Positions 39,001-48,134 of a stretch of 64,000 nt of DNA are shown piece after piece. Location: positions 512,001 to 576,000 of the forward strand of contig JAVZHQ010000001.1 of assembly GCA_038998335.1 (NCBI GenBank), given 5' to 3'. Numbering within the stretch: position 1 is the first letter of the stretch; every line of letters starts with the position of its first letter. Made by a program: the position numbers and the translations under genes. The notes beneath the pieces are model-generated. The model made no database searches and was not told the origin of the DNA. It worked only from the letters and a program-made list of their open reading frames with translations. This DNA comes from Candidatus Aenigmatarchaeota archaeon (GTDB taxonomy: Archaea; Aenigmatarchaeota; Aenigmatarchaeia; CG10238-14; SCSR01).

Positions 39001-40841
39001 TCTTTCACCCTTATCGCATTGTATGGACAAACTTGAAAGCAAACAGCACAACCTGTACAAAGCTCTTCGTCTATGACAAAATCTTCTCCTTCTTTTTTAA
39101 TAGCTGGGCAAGCAAACTCATTTAAACAAATCCCGCACTTAGTGCACTTTTCCTTTGAAATCTCAAACTTTGGAATTTTTATTCCTTCTTTTTTCTTGTC
39201 CCTTACAGCAAGCAGCTGACAATACCTTCTTGCTATTATAACAGAAACCTTATCCTTTTCCAAAAACTCTTTAATTGCTTCTTCCATTTCTTTTAAATTG
39301 AAAGGATCTACAACCTTAACATTCTCTACACCACAAGCTCTGACTAAATTTTCCAAGTCTATTGCTTTTGTTTCCTCGTTTAAACCAGTTTTTCCTGAAC
39401 CAGGATGTGGTTGATGACCTGTCATAGCAGTTACTCTGTTATCCAAAATTATTACTAAAGGATTTGACTTGTTAAAAACCATGTTTATTAAAGCTGGAAT
39501 TCCTGCATGGAAAAAAGTAGAATCGCCAATAAAAGCTATCGCTTTCTGATTTGTTGCTTTTTTTATTCCGTGCACAACTCCTTCTCCTGCTCCCATAGAA
39601 ATTATAAAATCTAAGGTTTTCAAAGGAGGTAAAATTCCAAGCATGTAACAACCAATATCACCGCCAAAAACAGCATCTTTTGCAACTTTTTTCACAGCAT
39701 AAAAAGTTGCTCTATGTGGGCAACCAGGACACATTACAGGAAACCTTCTTGCAATTTCTATTTGCTTGTACTTTTTGGAGATCTCTTCTATTTTGTTCAA
39801 ATTCTTTCCAAGAATTTTTCCTATAGCAAGAAAAACTATTTCTTGGCTTAGCTCGCCAGCTTTTGGAATTAGTTCTTTTCCGTAAATTTTAACTTTCGGG
39901 TTTGCATCTTTAGCTATTGCCTTAACTTTTTCCTCAAGGATATCGTCAAGTTCTTCTACTATTAAAACCTTTTTTAAGTTTTTAAGGAATCTTGCAATCT
40001 TTTTTTCAGGCAAAGGATTAGTAAGGCTTAGTTTTAGAACTGGAACTTTAACTTTTAAGTCTTCTAGAGCTTCCATCACATAGGCAAAAGAAACCCCTGA
40101 AGCTATTATTCCAAACTTGCTCTTAGATTTTTCGTTAACTACAAAATTAATTTCTGTTTTTTCTGAAAATTCCTTTATTTTTTCCATTTTTTCTAGAAGC
40201 TTTTTGTGCAACTCAATAATTTTTGGAGCAAGGTTAAAGTACTTTTCATCCTTCTTGAAAAAACCTTTAGCTTCTTCTTTCTTTATTTCATCCAATAAAA
40301 CTATTCCACGAGTATGGCTTACCCTAGTTGTTAGTCTTATTAAAACTGGAATTTTATATTTTTCTGAAATTTCAAATGCAATCTTTGTAAAATCTTTGCA
40401 TTCTTGCGGGCTAGAAGGTTCTATCATAGGAACATGGGCTAAAAAAGCATAATGCCTAGAATCTTGCTCACTTTGGGCTGAACTAAAGCAGCTTGGATCG
40501 TCAGCAACAACTATTACTAAGCCTGCGTTCAAATCAAAGTAAGCTACAGGAAAGAAACTGTCAGAAGCAACATTCAAGCCAAAATTTTTAAAAGAAACTA
40601 TTGATTTTAAGCCAGAAAAAGAGGCTCCTGCTGCAGCTTCTAAAGCAACTTTTTCGTTAACTGAATACTCGAAATAAATTCCTGTTTGTTTTGCTATCTG
40701 AGCAAAAGTGTCGCCAATTTCAGAAGCTGGAGTGCCAGGATAAGTTGTTGCAAACTTTACTCCAGCTTCCAAAGCACCTCTTACAATTGCTTCATTTCCT
40801 AAAAGAATGACTTTTTTTCCTTTTTCTTCTAATAGCTTCAT
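38997..40841 (-). CDS. iorA: Indolepyruvate:ferredoxin oxidoreductase alpha subunit
   Basis: GNEAIVRG, YPGTP, CPGCPH, GDIGC, IGDSTFFH, 2x[4Fe-4S] C-terminus. Confidence 0.96.
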   Translation of the reverse strand: MKLLEEKGKKVILLGNEAIVRGALEAGVKFATTYPGTPASEIGDTFAQIAKQTGIYFEYSVNEKVALEAAAGASFSGLKSIVSFKNFGLNVASDSFFPVAYFDLNAGLVIVVADDPSCFSSAQSEQDSRHYAFLAHVPMIEPSSPQECKDFTKIAFEISEKYKIPVLIRLTTRVSHTRGIVLLDEIKKEEAKGFFKKDEKYFNLAPKIIELHKKLLEKMEKIKEFSEKTEINFVVNEKSKSKFGIIASGVSFAYVMEALEDLKVKVPVLKLSLTNPLPEKKIARFLKNLKKVLIVEELDDILEEKVKAIAKDANPKVKIYGKELIPKAGELSQEIVFLAIGKILGKNLNKIEEISKKYKQIEIARRFPVMCPGCPHRATFYAVKKVAKDAVFGGDIGCYMLGILPPLKTLDFIISMGAGEGVVHGIKKATNQKAIAFIGDSTFFHAGIPALINMVFNKSNPLVIILDNRVTAMTGHQPHPGSGKTGLNEETKAIDLENLVRACGVENVKVVDPFNLKEMEEAIKEFLEKDKVSVIIARRYCQLLAVRDKKKEGIKIPKFEISKEKCTKCGICLNEFACPAIKKEGEDFVIDEELCTGCAVCFQVCPYNAIRVKE

Positions 40842-40891
40842 GTTTTTCGCTAATTAATTTTTGAATAACTTAAAGAAAAAGCTATTTCTTT

Positions 40892-43435
40892 TTATCTCTT
40901 CTTTTTTGGCTTCTTTTTTAGTTCAACTTTTGGTTTCTCTTTAGGTTTAGGCTTCTCTTCAACTTTTGTTTGTAATTTTTTGGCTATTATTTTTGTGATG
41001 ATAAAAATAGCTAAAATAACAACTATTATTCCTAACCAGAAAACTAAAATTGGTAGTTTTCCCTCTTCAGGTTTTTCTTCGCAAATCCTTTCTTCTTCTG
41101 GTTTATTAGCTACAGTTCCACATCTATTCCTATCCATACAAACTCTTGTTTGTTTCCCTCCTATACATGCAGTCCATTCAGAACAAACCCAATCTTCTGT
41201 GCAAGGAGTAACTATAGGAACGCAAGCATGATTCTCGCATTTGTAGCCAGAAGCGCAAGCTTTATCATAATACTCGGCTTCTCCTACACAACATTCATAA
41301 GGACAAGTTTGCTTAGATTTTTCTCCTGCTATTGCAAAGTAGCTTAGCCCTGGACTAGAAGCTTCAAAGTAAATGTCCTCTGAATCCTCTCCTATTCTTA
41401 GAGTGTTAAGCTTTTCCCATCTGTAAGTGTACCTGTATAAAGCTATTGAATCGAGTTTTATGTTATTGGAGTTAATCCAAGATTTTTGAACTCTAAACCT
41501 AAGCTTAACTTCTGTTATGTTTTCGTCATGAATATTCTTCTTGTCAACTCTTATGTAGCGATAAACGTTAGCTAAAGCAGGAACTTCTTCTGGTTTTTCA
41601 TCTAGTTTTGTTATGTTTATTTGAACAGAAGTTACTCTATTTCTAACTGAAATAACTATTTGAGTAAAATCTATTCCTTCTGTTTTTTGTATGCTAACAT
41701 TAGCTTTGCTCATGGCTGCTATTAAAGGAATAAAGATAATAGCTTTTCCTGGAGTTGTTGATACTGTTGTTAGAGGAGCTCCTGCCCCTGGACCTAGAGA
41801 TGGTAGTGAAGGTGAAGGTGGTGAAGGTGCTACATATTCGTCGCTTAAAGGCCAGAAATCAACATTTTCTCCACAATCTACCCCAGGAGTACAAGGTTGC
41901 ATGTTTGATATGTTTAAAGCAGAATCACAGAACCCATCTTTATTGTTATCTGTACATATGTCGGAGTATCCGTCGTTAGTCGAATTTGTCCAGTAGTTAC
42001 CTCCTATATAGTTCCCAGGGGAGTGGATTCTTGTTCCTGATTGCTTTGTGGTATTCCAGAAATTTGGGAGTATAGTTGCCCCAGAAAGAAATACATTATC
42101 TGTATTGTTAAGTAAATTGTTAAACAGAAAGTTATTTTCTGAATATCCTATCTTTATACCATAGGAATTGTTTTGGATTATGCACGAATTTACTTTGTTA
42201 CTACTAGAATTTTGTATGTAAATTCCATTTTTGTTAGAACCAATTATCGAATTTATAACTTTATTATCGGGACTTTTAAAAAGATGGATTCCATAGTCTT
42301 CATTTGAAATGAATGTAGAATTGATGATAGTGTTTTTTGAACTATTAAAGAGAATTATACCATTTCTGTTATAGGAAGAATTAATATTAGTGAAGTTTGA
42401 ATTATCAGTTCTATGAACATATAGTGCGTTATTTTTTGTTGCTGGATAAGACTGAATTGTTACATTTATTATATTTGAATTGTCTGCGTTACATAGAACG
42501 AGTTCAGAAAGAACTTCATTAGTAAGAGTTACAGAAGAATTAAAATATTTTATCGGTGCACCTGTACCTTTAACATTTTCTAAATAGTTATTACATTCTG
42601 AATCTACGGAAGCAAAAATACTAAAATCAAATACCAAATTTCCTGAAAAAGTTGAATTGATGATTTTGTTGTTAGAGCTTGAATAGATTAATATACCATG
42701 ATTGGGGCTCGAAATACTTGTTATATCTTGGAGAGTATTGTCGTTCGCATGCATTATTAGAATGTTAGTAGTAGACCAATTTGTTACAGTACAATTTTTT
42801 ACAGTTATATTTGTACTTTCTTGAGAGGTTCGATTAATATAAATTCCAATTCCAAAGGATGCCGAAGCATTTCCTTTTATTGTGTGACCTTGACAATCTA
42901 GAATAACATTCTTGGCAGAAATGTTCATACATATTAACACTGATGATTCGATGTCATTATCTAAATAGTAAGTTGCTCCATCTTCGTCTAAGTCAGAGCA
43001 GCCAAACAAGTAAAATGGCGAGACTGCATCGATTATCACAGTCCTGTTGTTTTCAGCATATTCGTAAACTTCTTCTGTTTCGTTAAAACAATAAACATTC
43101 CATTCATAAGCACCATCTTCCAAATTTTCTAAGTAAATTCCGTTTTCTCCTTCAACGATTTCAGTTTGGTTTGTTTCGTTAGCAGCCCATTCACCGGTAA
43201 AATTTCCAAATAAAGTACAATTTTTAATTACTATAGAAGAATCATCCCATTCAACTTCAAAAGTAAAGTTTACATTTTTTGTGTTAACAACTTTATTGTT
43301 CTCAGGAGATAATAGGGTAACGTTTAAATCGTCTCTTAAGCCAGCATCAGGAAAAGCTTTTAAAACAAGAATTAGAAAGAACGAAAAGGAAAACAAGATA
43401 ATAAGAAAAAATTTACTTGAAATATTTAATTCCAT
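40892..43435 (-). CDS. Surface glycoprotein: NosD-like beta-helix, PGF-pre-PGF domain, Cys-rich repeat, TM anchor
   Basis: LDCQGHTI, GGNYW..YSDIC.D...DGFCD, FEASSPGLSYFAI. Confidence 0.88.
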   Translation of the reverse strand: MELNISSKFFLIILFSFSFFLILVLKAFPDAGLRDDLNVTLLSPENNKVVNTKNVNFTFEVEWDDSSIVIKNCTLFGNFTGEWAANETNQTEIVEGENGIYLENLEDGAYEWNVYCFNETEEVYEYAENNRTVIIDAVSPFYLFGCSDLDEDGATYYLDNDIESSVLICMNISAKNVILDCQGHTIKGNASASFGIGIYINRTSQESTNITVKNCTVTNWSTTNILIMHANDNTLQDITSISSPNHGILIYSSSNNKIINSTFSGNLVFDFSIFASVDSECNNYLENVKGTGAPIKYFNSSVTLTNEVLSELVLCNADNSNIINVTIQSYPATKNNALYVHRTDNSNFTNINSSYNRNGIILFNSSKNTIINSTFISNEDYGIHLFKSPDNKVINSIIGSNKNGIYIQNSSSNKVNSCIIQNNSYGIKIGYSENNFLFNNLLNNTDNVFLSGATILPNFWNTTKQSGTRIHSPGNYIGGNYWTNSTNDGYSDICTDNNKDGFCDSALNISNMQPCTPGVDCGENVDFWPLSDEYVAPSPPSPSLPSLGPGAGAPLTTVSTTPGKAIIFIPLIAAMSKANVSIQKTEGIDFTQIVISVRNRVTSVQINITKLDEKPEEVPALANVYRYIRVDKKNIHDENITEVKLRFRVQKSWINSNNIKLDSIALYRYTYRWEKLNTLRIGEDSEDIYFEASSPGLSYFAIAGEKSKQTCPYECCVGEAEYYDKACASGYKCENHACVPIVTPCTEDWVCSEWTACIGGKQTRVCMDRNRCGTVANKPEEERICEEKPEEGKLPILVFWLGIIVVILAIFIITKIIAKKLQTKVEEKPKPKEKPKVELKKKPKKKR

Positions 43436-43470
43436 AAATATTTTTTAAAAATTTGGGCTAATAAACATTT

Positions 43471-43893
43471 CTAAACCCTAAATTCTTCCCACTTTACCTT
43501 TTTTTCTTCAACTATTTCCTTAACTTTCTTCTGAGCTTGGGTAAGCCTGCTTTCTCCAGATTTCACTTCACAAAAAACTATTTGCCTTAAATTTTTTCCT
43601 TCAGAAGAAGAATAACCATCAAAAATTATTAGGTCTATTGGGTCGCCTAGCCATCTTATGTCATGAGCATCGTAAGGAAAATTCTCAAGAAAAGGTACAA
43701 GCTTTTCCAAAGCCTTTCCAGACAAAGCTCTTGCACTTCTTTTTATAGCATCTTCCCTTATTCTTTCCTCTTCCTTTTCCTTCCACTCTTTTATTCTTTG
43801 CTCAAACTTCATTTTCCACTCTCTATTCTTAAAAAGAAGGTAGAAAATTATGGCCAAAAGAAAAATTATTAAAACAAAAAGTAGCTCGCCCAC
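43471..43893 (-). CDS. Holliday-junction-resolvase-related endonuclease with N-terminal TM
   Basis: EDAIKRS..LSG...EKLVP, LGDPIDLIIFDG, EVKSG. Confidence 0.9.
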   Translation of the reverse strand: MGELLFVLIIFLLAIIFYLLFKNREWKMKFEQRIKEWKEKEEERIREDAIKRSARALSGKALEKLVPFLENFPYDAHDIRWLGDPIDLIIFDGYSSSEGKNLRQIVFCEVKSGESRLTQAQKKVKEIVEEKKVKWEEFRV

Positions 43894-43922
43894 AATAATT
43901 TATTGGAAAACTTAGGATAAAT

Positions 43923-44384
43923 CTATAAGCCTAGAAAAGCTTTAAGCAAGTTGAAAATTCCAAATATTGATAGAAGAATTATTAGTCCTCCTATAAAAGA
44001 CCCTATGAAAATAGCAAGCAAAGATTTTTTCCAGTCAAGGTTTAAAAGCCAAGCTAAAGTGCTTGCAGTGTAGGTTCCGCTAAAAGGCGAAGGCAAGAAC
44101 ATTAGAAAAGCTATTCCTATTGTTCCGTATTTCTCGACATAAGGCTTTCCTTTGTTCCTTATTTTCTCCAAATATTTTCTAAAAATGCCTATTCTTGAAA
44201 GAAAAATTTCGTAGAAAAAGTTTAAACCAAAGAAAACCGGAAAGAACAAAAAACAATTAACTGCTATTGAAATAGAAAAAACTGTTATTGGGTCAAGACC
44301 TAAAGCTAAGCCTAAGGGTATTGCTCCGACTTGCTCAACAGTTGGGATTAGATTTGCAAGAATAACGTATAAAGTTTTTTCCAT
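43923..44384 (-). CDS. Small multidrug export family membrane protein
   Basis: IPTVEQVGAIPLG, LPSPFSGTYT. Confidence 0.8.
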   Translation of the reverse strand: MEKTLYVILANLIPTVEQVGAIPLGLALGLDPITVFSISIAVNCFLFFPVFFGLNFFYEIFLSRIGIFRKYLEKIRNKGKPYVEKYGTIGIAFLMFLPSPFSGTYTASTLAWLLNLDWKKSLLAIFIGSFIGGLIILLSIFGIFNLLKAFLGL

Positions 44385-44442
44385 GATTAAAATTTTGTTT
44401 GAAAGGTTAAAAGATTTTTTTATCTTTTAACAAAATAGAATA

Positions 44443-44997
44443 ATGCTCGAAAGTTTAATCGAAGCGATAAAATCCTTCATAATATCCTCTGGGGATTTTG
44501 GAATTTTTTTCGGTAATTTCTTGGCTTCAAGTATAATACCAATTCCTTCTGAAGCTGTTTTGTTTGTTCAAGGTGCTTCTGGTTTAGAAATAGTTAAAGT
44601 AACAATTCTAGGAGCAGTAGGTTCAACCTTGGGCTCCTTAGTTTGTTATTATCTTGGAAGATATGGAAGAAATTTTTTGGAAAAATATGGGAAGTACTTT
44701 TTTGTTTCTTCTGAAAAGTTAAAGTTTAGCGAGAAATGGTTTAAAAAATGGGGAAGCTATACTGTTTTGGTAAGCAGGATTATACCAGTAATTCCTTTCA
44801 AAATATTTTCAATAGCTTCCGGGATTTTAAAAATGAAGCTAAAAACTTATTTTATTTTAACTCTTATTGGCTCGTTTCCAAGATGCTTCTTACTTGCTTA
44901 CTTTGGCTTTTTAGCTTCTTCTAATATTTACCTTTCGATTTTGGCAATAGCAATTCTTTTTGCTGTTCCTGCTTTGATAGATAGAATAAAAAGATAG
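44443..44997 (+). CDS. DedA/VTT family membrane protein
   Basis: PIPSE, GSTLGS..YYLG, RIIPVIP. Confidence 0.92.
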   Translation: MLESLIEAIKSFIISSGDFGIFFGNFLASSIIPIPSEAVLFVQGASGLEIVKVTILGAVGSTLGSLVCYYLGRYGRNFLEKYGKYFFVSSEKLKFSEKWFKKWGSYTVLVSRIIPVIPFKIFSIASGILKMKLKTYFILTLIGSFPRCFLLAYFGFLASSNIYLSILAIAILFAVPALIDRIKR

Positions 44998-45113
44998 CCC
45001 CGAGCGGATTCGAACCGCTGTCACGAGGGTTCTTCCTCATCTTTTTTCAGAGCTTTGATGAGACCAAAGCCTTATACTAAGCTTCGTATGCTTGGCCGCT
45101 GCACCACGGGGCT
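44995..45113 (-). tRNA. tRNA-Gln(TTG) with two introns: 12 nt at 29/30 (45072-45083) and 34 nt at 37/38 (45030-45063)
   Basis: 73-nt cloverleaf after removal of both; central helices atac/gtat and cttt/gaag. Confidence 0.92.
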
Positions 45114-45160
45114 TTTCGAAACTTATAATTAATAAAGAAAAAGAAAATAAAAATTTTTTC

Positions 45161-45316
45161 CTAGCTTATTTTTGGAATAAACTGAATCGCAGGAACAAGT
45201 TCACAATCAAAATTATTGCAGTATATTACGTAAGAAAGGCACAAATCCAAAACGAAAAATATGAATAGCAAAATTACAAAAGTTAAAAAAACTTTAAGGC
45301 TTGTTCCAGCTTTCAT
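45161..45316 (-). CDS. Small membrane or pilin-like protein, 51 aa, not in ORF track
   Basis: SD ggaggt; MKAGTSLKVFLTFVILLFIFFVLDLCLSYVIYCNNFDC... Confidence 0.6.
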   Translation of the reverse strand: MKAGTSLKVFLTFVILLFIFFVLDLCLSYVIYCNNFDCELVPAIQFIPKIS

Positions 45317-45539
45317 TTACCTCCCTCATACCTTTTTGAGTTATTGCATAGCAAGTTTTACCTATAACTTCAACATAAGTTACTAAACCTTTATCTATTA
45401 AAAGCTTAACTATTGTCTCAACTGTAGAAACAGGATTTTCTACCTTTTTTTCCAAAAATAAGACCAATTCTTCCTTTTTTACAAGCATTTTCCTTGCTAT
45501 TTCCTCTAAAACCTCTTTTTCTAACCCATCTTGAATCAT
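45294..45539 (-). CDS. Small winged-helix protein
   Basis: LIDKGLVTYV...YAITQKG. Confidence 0.75.
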   Translation of the reverse strand: MIQDGLEKEVLEEIARKMLVKKEELVLFLEKKVENPVSTVETIVKLLIDKGLVTYVEVIGKTCYAITQKGMREVNESWNKP

Positions 45540-46073
45540 TTATACCACTAAATCTCTTTTAAGTTGCATGGCCTTTTCTTTTCCCAAAAGTTTTTCAACA
45601 ATTTTTAAAGCAAACTCTATTGCAGTACCAGGAGCTTGAGAAGTTATTACATTTTTATCAACAACAACTCTTCCTTCTCTTGGATGAGGCAACTCTTTTT
45701 CCATTCCAGGATAAATTGTTGCTTCTTTATCCTCTAAAACTCCTGCCTTTGCAAGAATAGAAGGAGAAGCACAGATTGCAGCTATGAGCTTATTTTTTTC
45801 ATCAAAGTTTTTTATTATCTCGATAATCTTCTGGCTTTTCCCCAAGTTTATATAGCCTGGGTTTCCTCCTGGCAAAACTATTCCATCATAATCTTCAGGA
45901 TTAATTTCATCTAGCCTTTTGTCAGCCATTACGCTTATTCCTCTTGCGCTTTTGATTACTGTTCCCACTACACCTACAGTATCAACCTTAATTCCTGCCC
46001 TTCTTAAAATGTCTATAATAGCGAAAGCTTCTATTTCCTCAAAACCCTCAGCTAAGGGAACTAGGATTTTCAT
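45540..46073 (-). CDS. DJ-1/YajL family protein
   Basis: GFEEIE, LPGG, AICASP, ITSQAPG. Confidence 0.95.
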   Translation of the reverse strand: MKILVPLAEGFEEIEAFAIIDILRRAGIKVDTVGVVGTVIKSARGISVMADKRLDEINPEDYDGIVLPGGNPGYINLGKSQKIIEIIKNFDEKNKLIAAICASPSILAKAGVLEDKEATIYPGMEKELPHPREGRVVVDKNVITSQAPGTAIEFALKIVEKLLGKEKAMQLKRDLVV

Positions 46074-46088
46074 ATAAATAATTTGGTT

Positions 46089-46616
46089 TTATGAGGTTAA
46101 TACTTTTGCTATTTCCTTGCCGAATTCTTCTGCAGCTTCTGGACCAGAAGCAGTTATTATATTTTCATCTCTAACAACGCTTTCTTCTAAATATTCTACC
46201 CCTGCTCTTCTAAACTCTGCTAAGACAAAATCTGCAGGAAAAGCTGTTGCTTTTTTTCCTTTCAAAATTCCTGCCTTTGTTAAAACATAAGGAGCAACAC
46301 AAATTGCAGCTATTAGCTTTTTCTGCTCAAAAAATTTTCTAACTAAGTTTAAAACTTCTGGATACTCTGCAAGCTTTGGACTTCCTGTTCCCCCTGCTAT
46401 TATCAAAGCATCGTATTCGTTAGGGTTTACCTCTCTAACTGTTATTTCTGGTTTTACTTTCATTCCCAACATACCTCTTGCCTCTTCTTTTGTTATGCTT
46501 GCAACAGTAACTTTTATTCCTCTTTCCTCCAAAATTTTCTTCGGAATTTTTAATTCTTCATCTCTAAAATTTTGCTGGGCTATTATGTAAAGGGTTTTTT
46601 TCATGTTTTTCACCAT
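46089..46616 (-). CDS. PfpI/DJ-1 family protein
   Basis: FRDEE, AGGTG, AICVAP, ITASGP. Confidence 0.93.
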   Translation of the reverse strand: MVKNMKKTLYIIAQQNFRDEELKIPKKILEERGIKVTVASITKEEARGMLGMKVKPEITVREVNPNEYDALIIAGGTGSPKLAEYPEVLNLVRKFFEQKKLIAAICVAPYVLTKAGILKGKKATAFPADFVLAEFRRAGVEYLEESVVRDENIITASGPEAAEEFGKEIAKVLTS

Positions 46617-46645
46617 TATATACTTTAAAGAATTAATTGATATTT

Positions 46646-47134
46646 ATGTTAGAGACTTTTCTCTCCCAAGCTTTAGAGTGGATAAGAGTTTTTTCCTATC
46701 CTGCAATATTTTTTGTAAGTTTTCTTGGAACTTCAACCATTTTCTTACCTTTCCCTATTTACTTGATAATTTTCTTTTCAAAAGAACTTGGGCTACATCC
46801 TTTTCTTGTTGGAATGTTAGCAGGAATTGGTTCAGCACTAGGAGAATTTACTGGCTATGGAATAGGTTATGGAGGAAGAAAACTTTTAAAGAAAAAAAGC
46901 AGATGGCTCAAAATTGCAGAAGCTTGGTTTAAGAGAAACGGCTTTATAACAGTTTTTATCTTTGCCTTAACTCCTTTACCAGATGATGTTGTGGGAATAA
47001 TAGGAGGAATTACAAAGTATGATGTAAAAAAATTTTTTATCGCTTCTTTACTTGGAAAAACCTTGCTTTGTTTGAGTATTTCTTATCTAGGGTATTTAAT
47101 TCTTCCTCACTTAGAAGGTGTACCTTTGCTATGA
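46646..47134 (+). CDS. VTT/DedA-like membrane protein
   Basis: GSALGE.TGY..G, LTPLPDD. Confidence 0.88.
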   Translation: MLETFLSQALEWIRVFSYPAIFFVSFLGTSTIFLPFPIYLIIFFSKELGLHPFLVGMLAGIGSALGEFTGYGIGYGGRKLLKKKSRWLKIAEAWFKRNGFITVFIFALTPLPDDVVGIIGGITKYDVKKFFIASLLGKTLLCLSISYLGYLILPHLEGVPLL

Positions 47135-47475
47135 AGCTTAAGCAAGTTATTATAGTTAGAAAAGATTTGGAAATAGGAAAAGGGAAGCTTGCAGCTAGCG
47201 TTGCTCATGCTTCTGTGGCATGTGTAAGAAAAAGCGAGAAAAAAACAATTGAAGAATGGGAAAAGCAAGGATCAAAAAAAATTGTTTTAAAAGTTAGTAG
47301 TTTAAAAGAACTAAAGAAAATTTATAAAAAAGCTAAAGATTCTGGTCTAGTTTGTTTTTTGGTTAAGGATGCAGGTTTAACCCAAGTTAAAGCAGGAGAA
47401 ATTATTTGTTTGGGGATAGGCCCTGCTGATGAAAAAGAAATAGATAAGATAACTGGAAAATTAAAGCTTCTTTAG
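47131..47475 (+). CDS. pth2: Peptidyl-tRNA hydrolase Pth2
   Basis: KQVIIVRKDL..GKGKLA..VAHA, DAGLTQ, GIGP. Confidence 0.95.
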   Translation: MKLKQVIIVRKDLEIGKGKLAASVAHASVACVRKSEKKTIEEWEKQGSKKIVLKVSSLKELKKIYKKAKDSGLVCFLVKDAGLTQVKAGEIICLGIGPADEKEIDKITGKLKLL

Positions 47476-47477
47476 GA

Positions 47478-48134
47478 TTAACACTTAAGATACTTTTCCA
47501 GTTCTTCTTTTGGAGTTAACCCTTGAAAAACTTTTTCGTCAATAATCACAGAAGGATAAGTTGTGACGTTAAACCTTTTTGTTAAATAATCTACAACCAA
47601 CAAATCAACATCTGCAGTGAGCGGAACTAGCATCATTTTTCTTCCGCATTTTTCTTTTAAATCAAGCAAAATTGCTGATTGTAGTTTATTATTAATTTCT
47701 TCTTCACTTGTTAAATTTTTCTTTTTAAACAAGTGAATAACAATACTATAATCAAGCTTACACCTTTCTTTAAGCTCGATGGAACCAAAAAGAAACTGAA
47801 CTTGGAGCAGAGTATACCTTCTCCACTCTTGCTCAAGCTCAGGAGTAAACCTGCTTGCTTCTATAGCTTGCTCTATAACTTTCCCATAACTATAAATTTT
47901 TTCGTTGTACTCTAAATTTTCCTCAAAAGCTAAATCACAGTTGTTTTTTTCAAGGTTAATAAAGTAGTAGTTTAACAATCTGGCATCATTCCATCTTATC
48001 TCACTTTCGCTTATGCTTTTTCTTATGCCTGACAACCTATAATTTTCAACTATTATTCCTATCATTAACCCTATGAGGAAAATTAAGACAGTGAAAATTG
48101 TTGGAGCATAATGAATACTTACTTTGTAAACCAT
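47478..48134 (-). CDS. Membrane-anchored hypothetical protein
   Basis: N-terminal TM, C-terminal thioredoxin-like NVTTYPSVII. Confidence 0.7.
   Translation of the reverse strand: MVYKVSIHYAPTIFTVLIFLIGLMIGIIVENYRLSGIRKSISESEIRWNDARLLNYYFINLEKNNCDLAFEENLEYNEKIYSYGKVIEQAIEASRFTPELEQEWRRYTLLQVQFLFGSIELKERCKLDYSIVIHLFKKKNLTSEEEINNKLQSAILLDLKEKCGRKMMLVPLTADVDLLVVDYLTKRFNVTTYPSVIIDEKVFQGLTPKEELEKYLKC

Noticed and set aside
45540-46616. Recent tandem duplication of DJ-1 genes
   Set aside because: The two belong to different subfamilies (YajL-like and PfpI-like) and share only short motif-level DNA similarity
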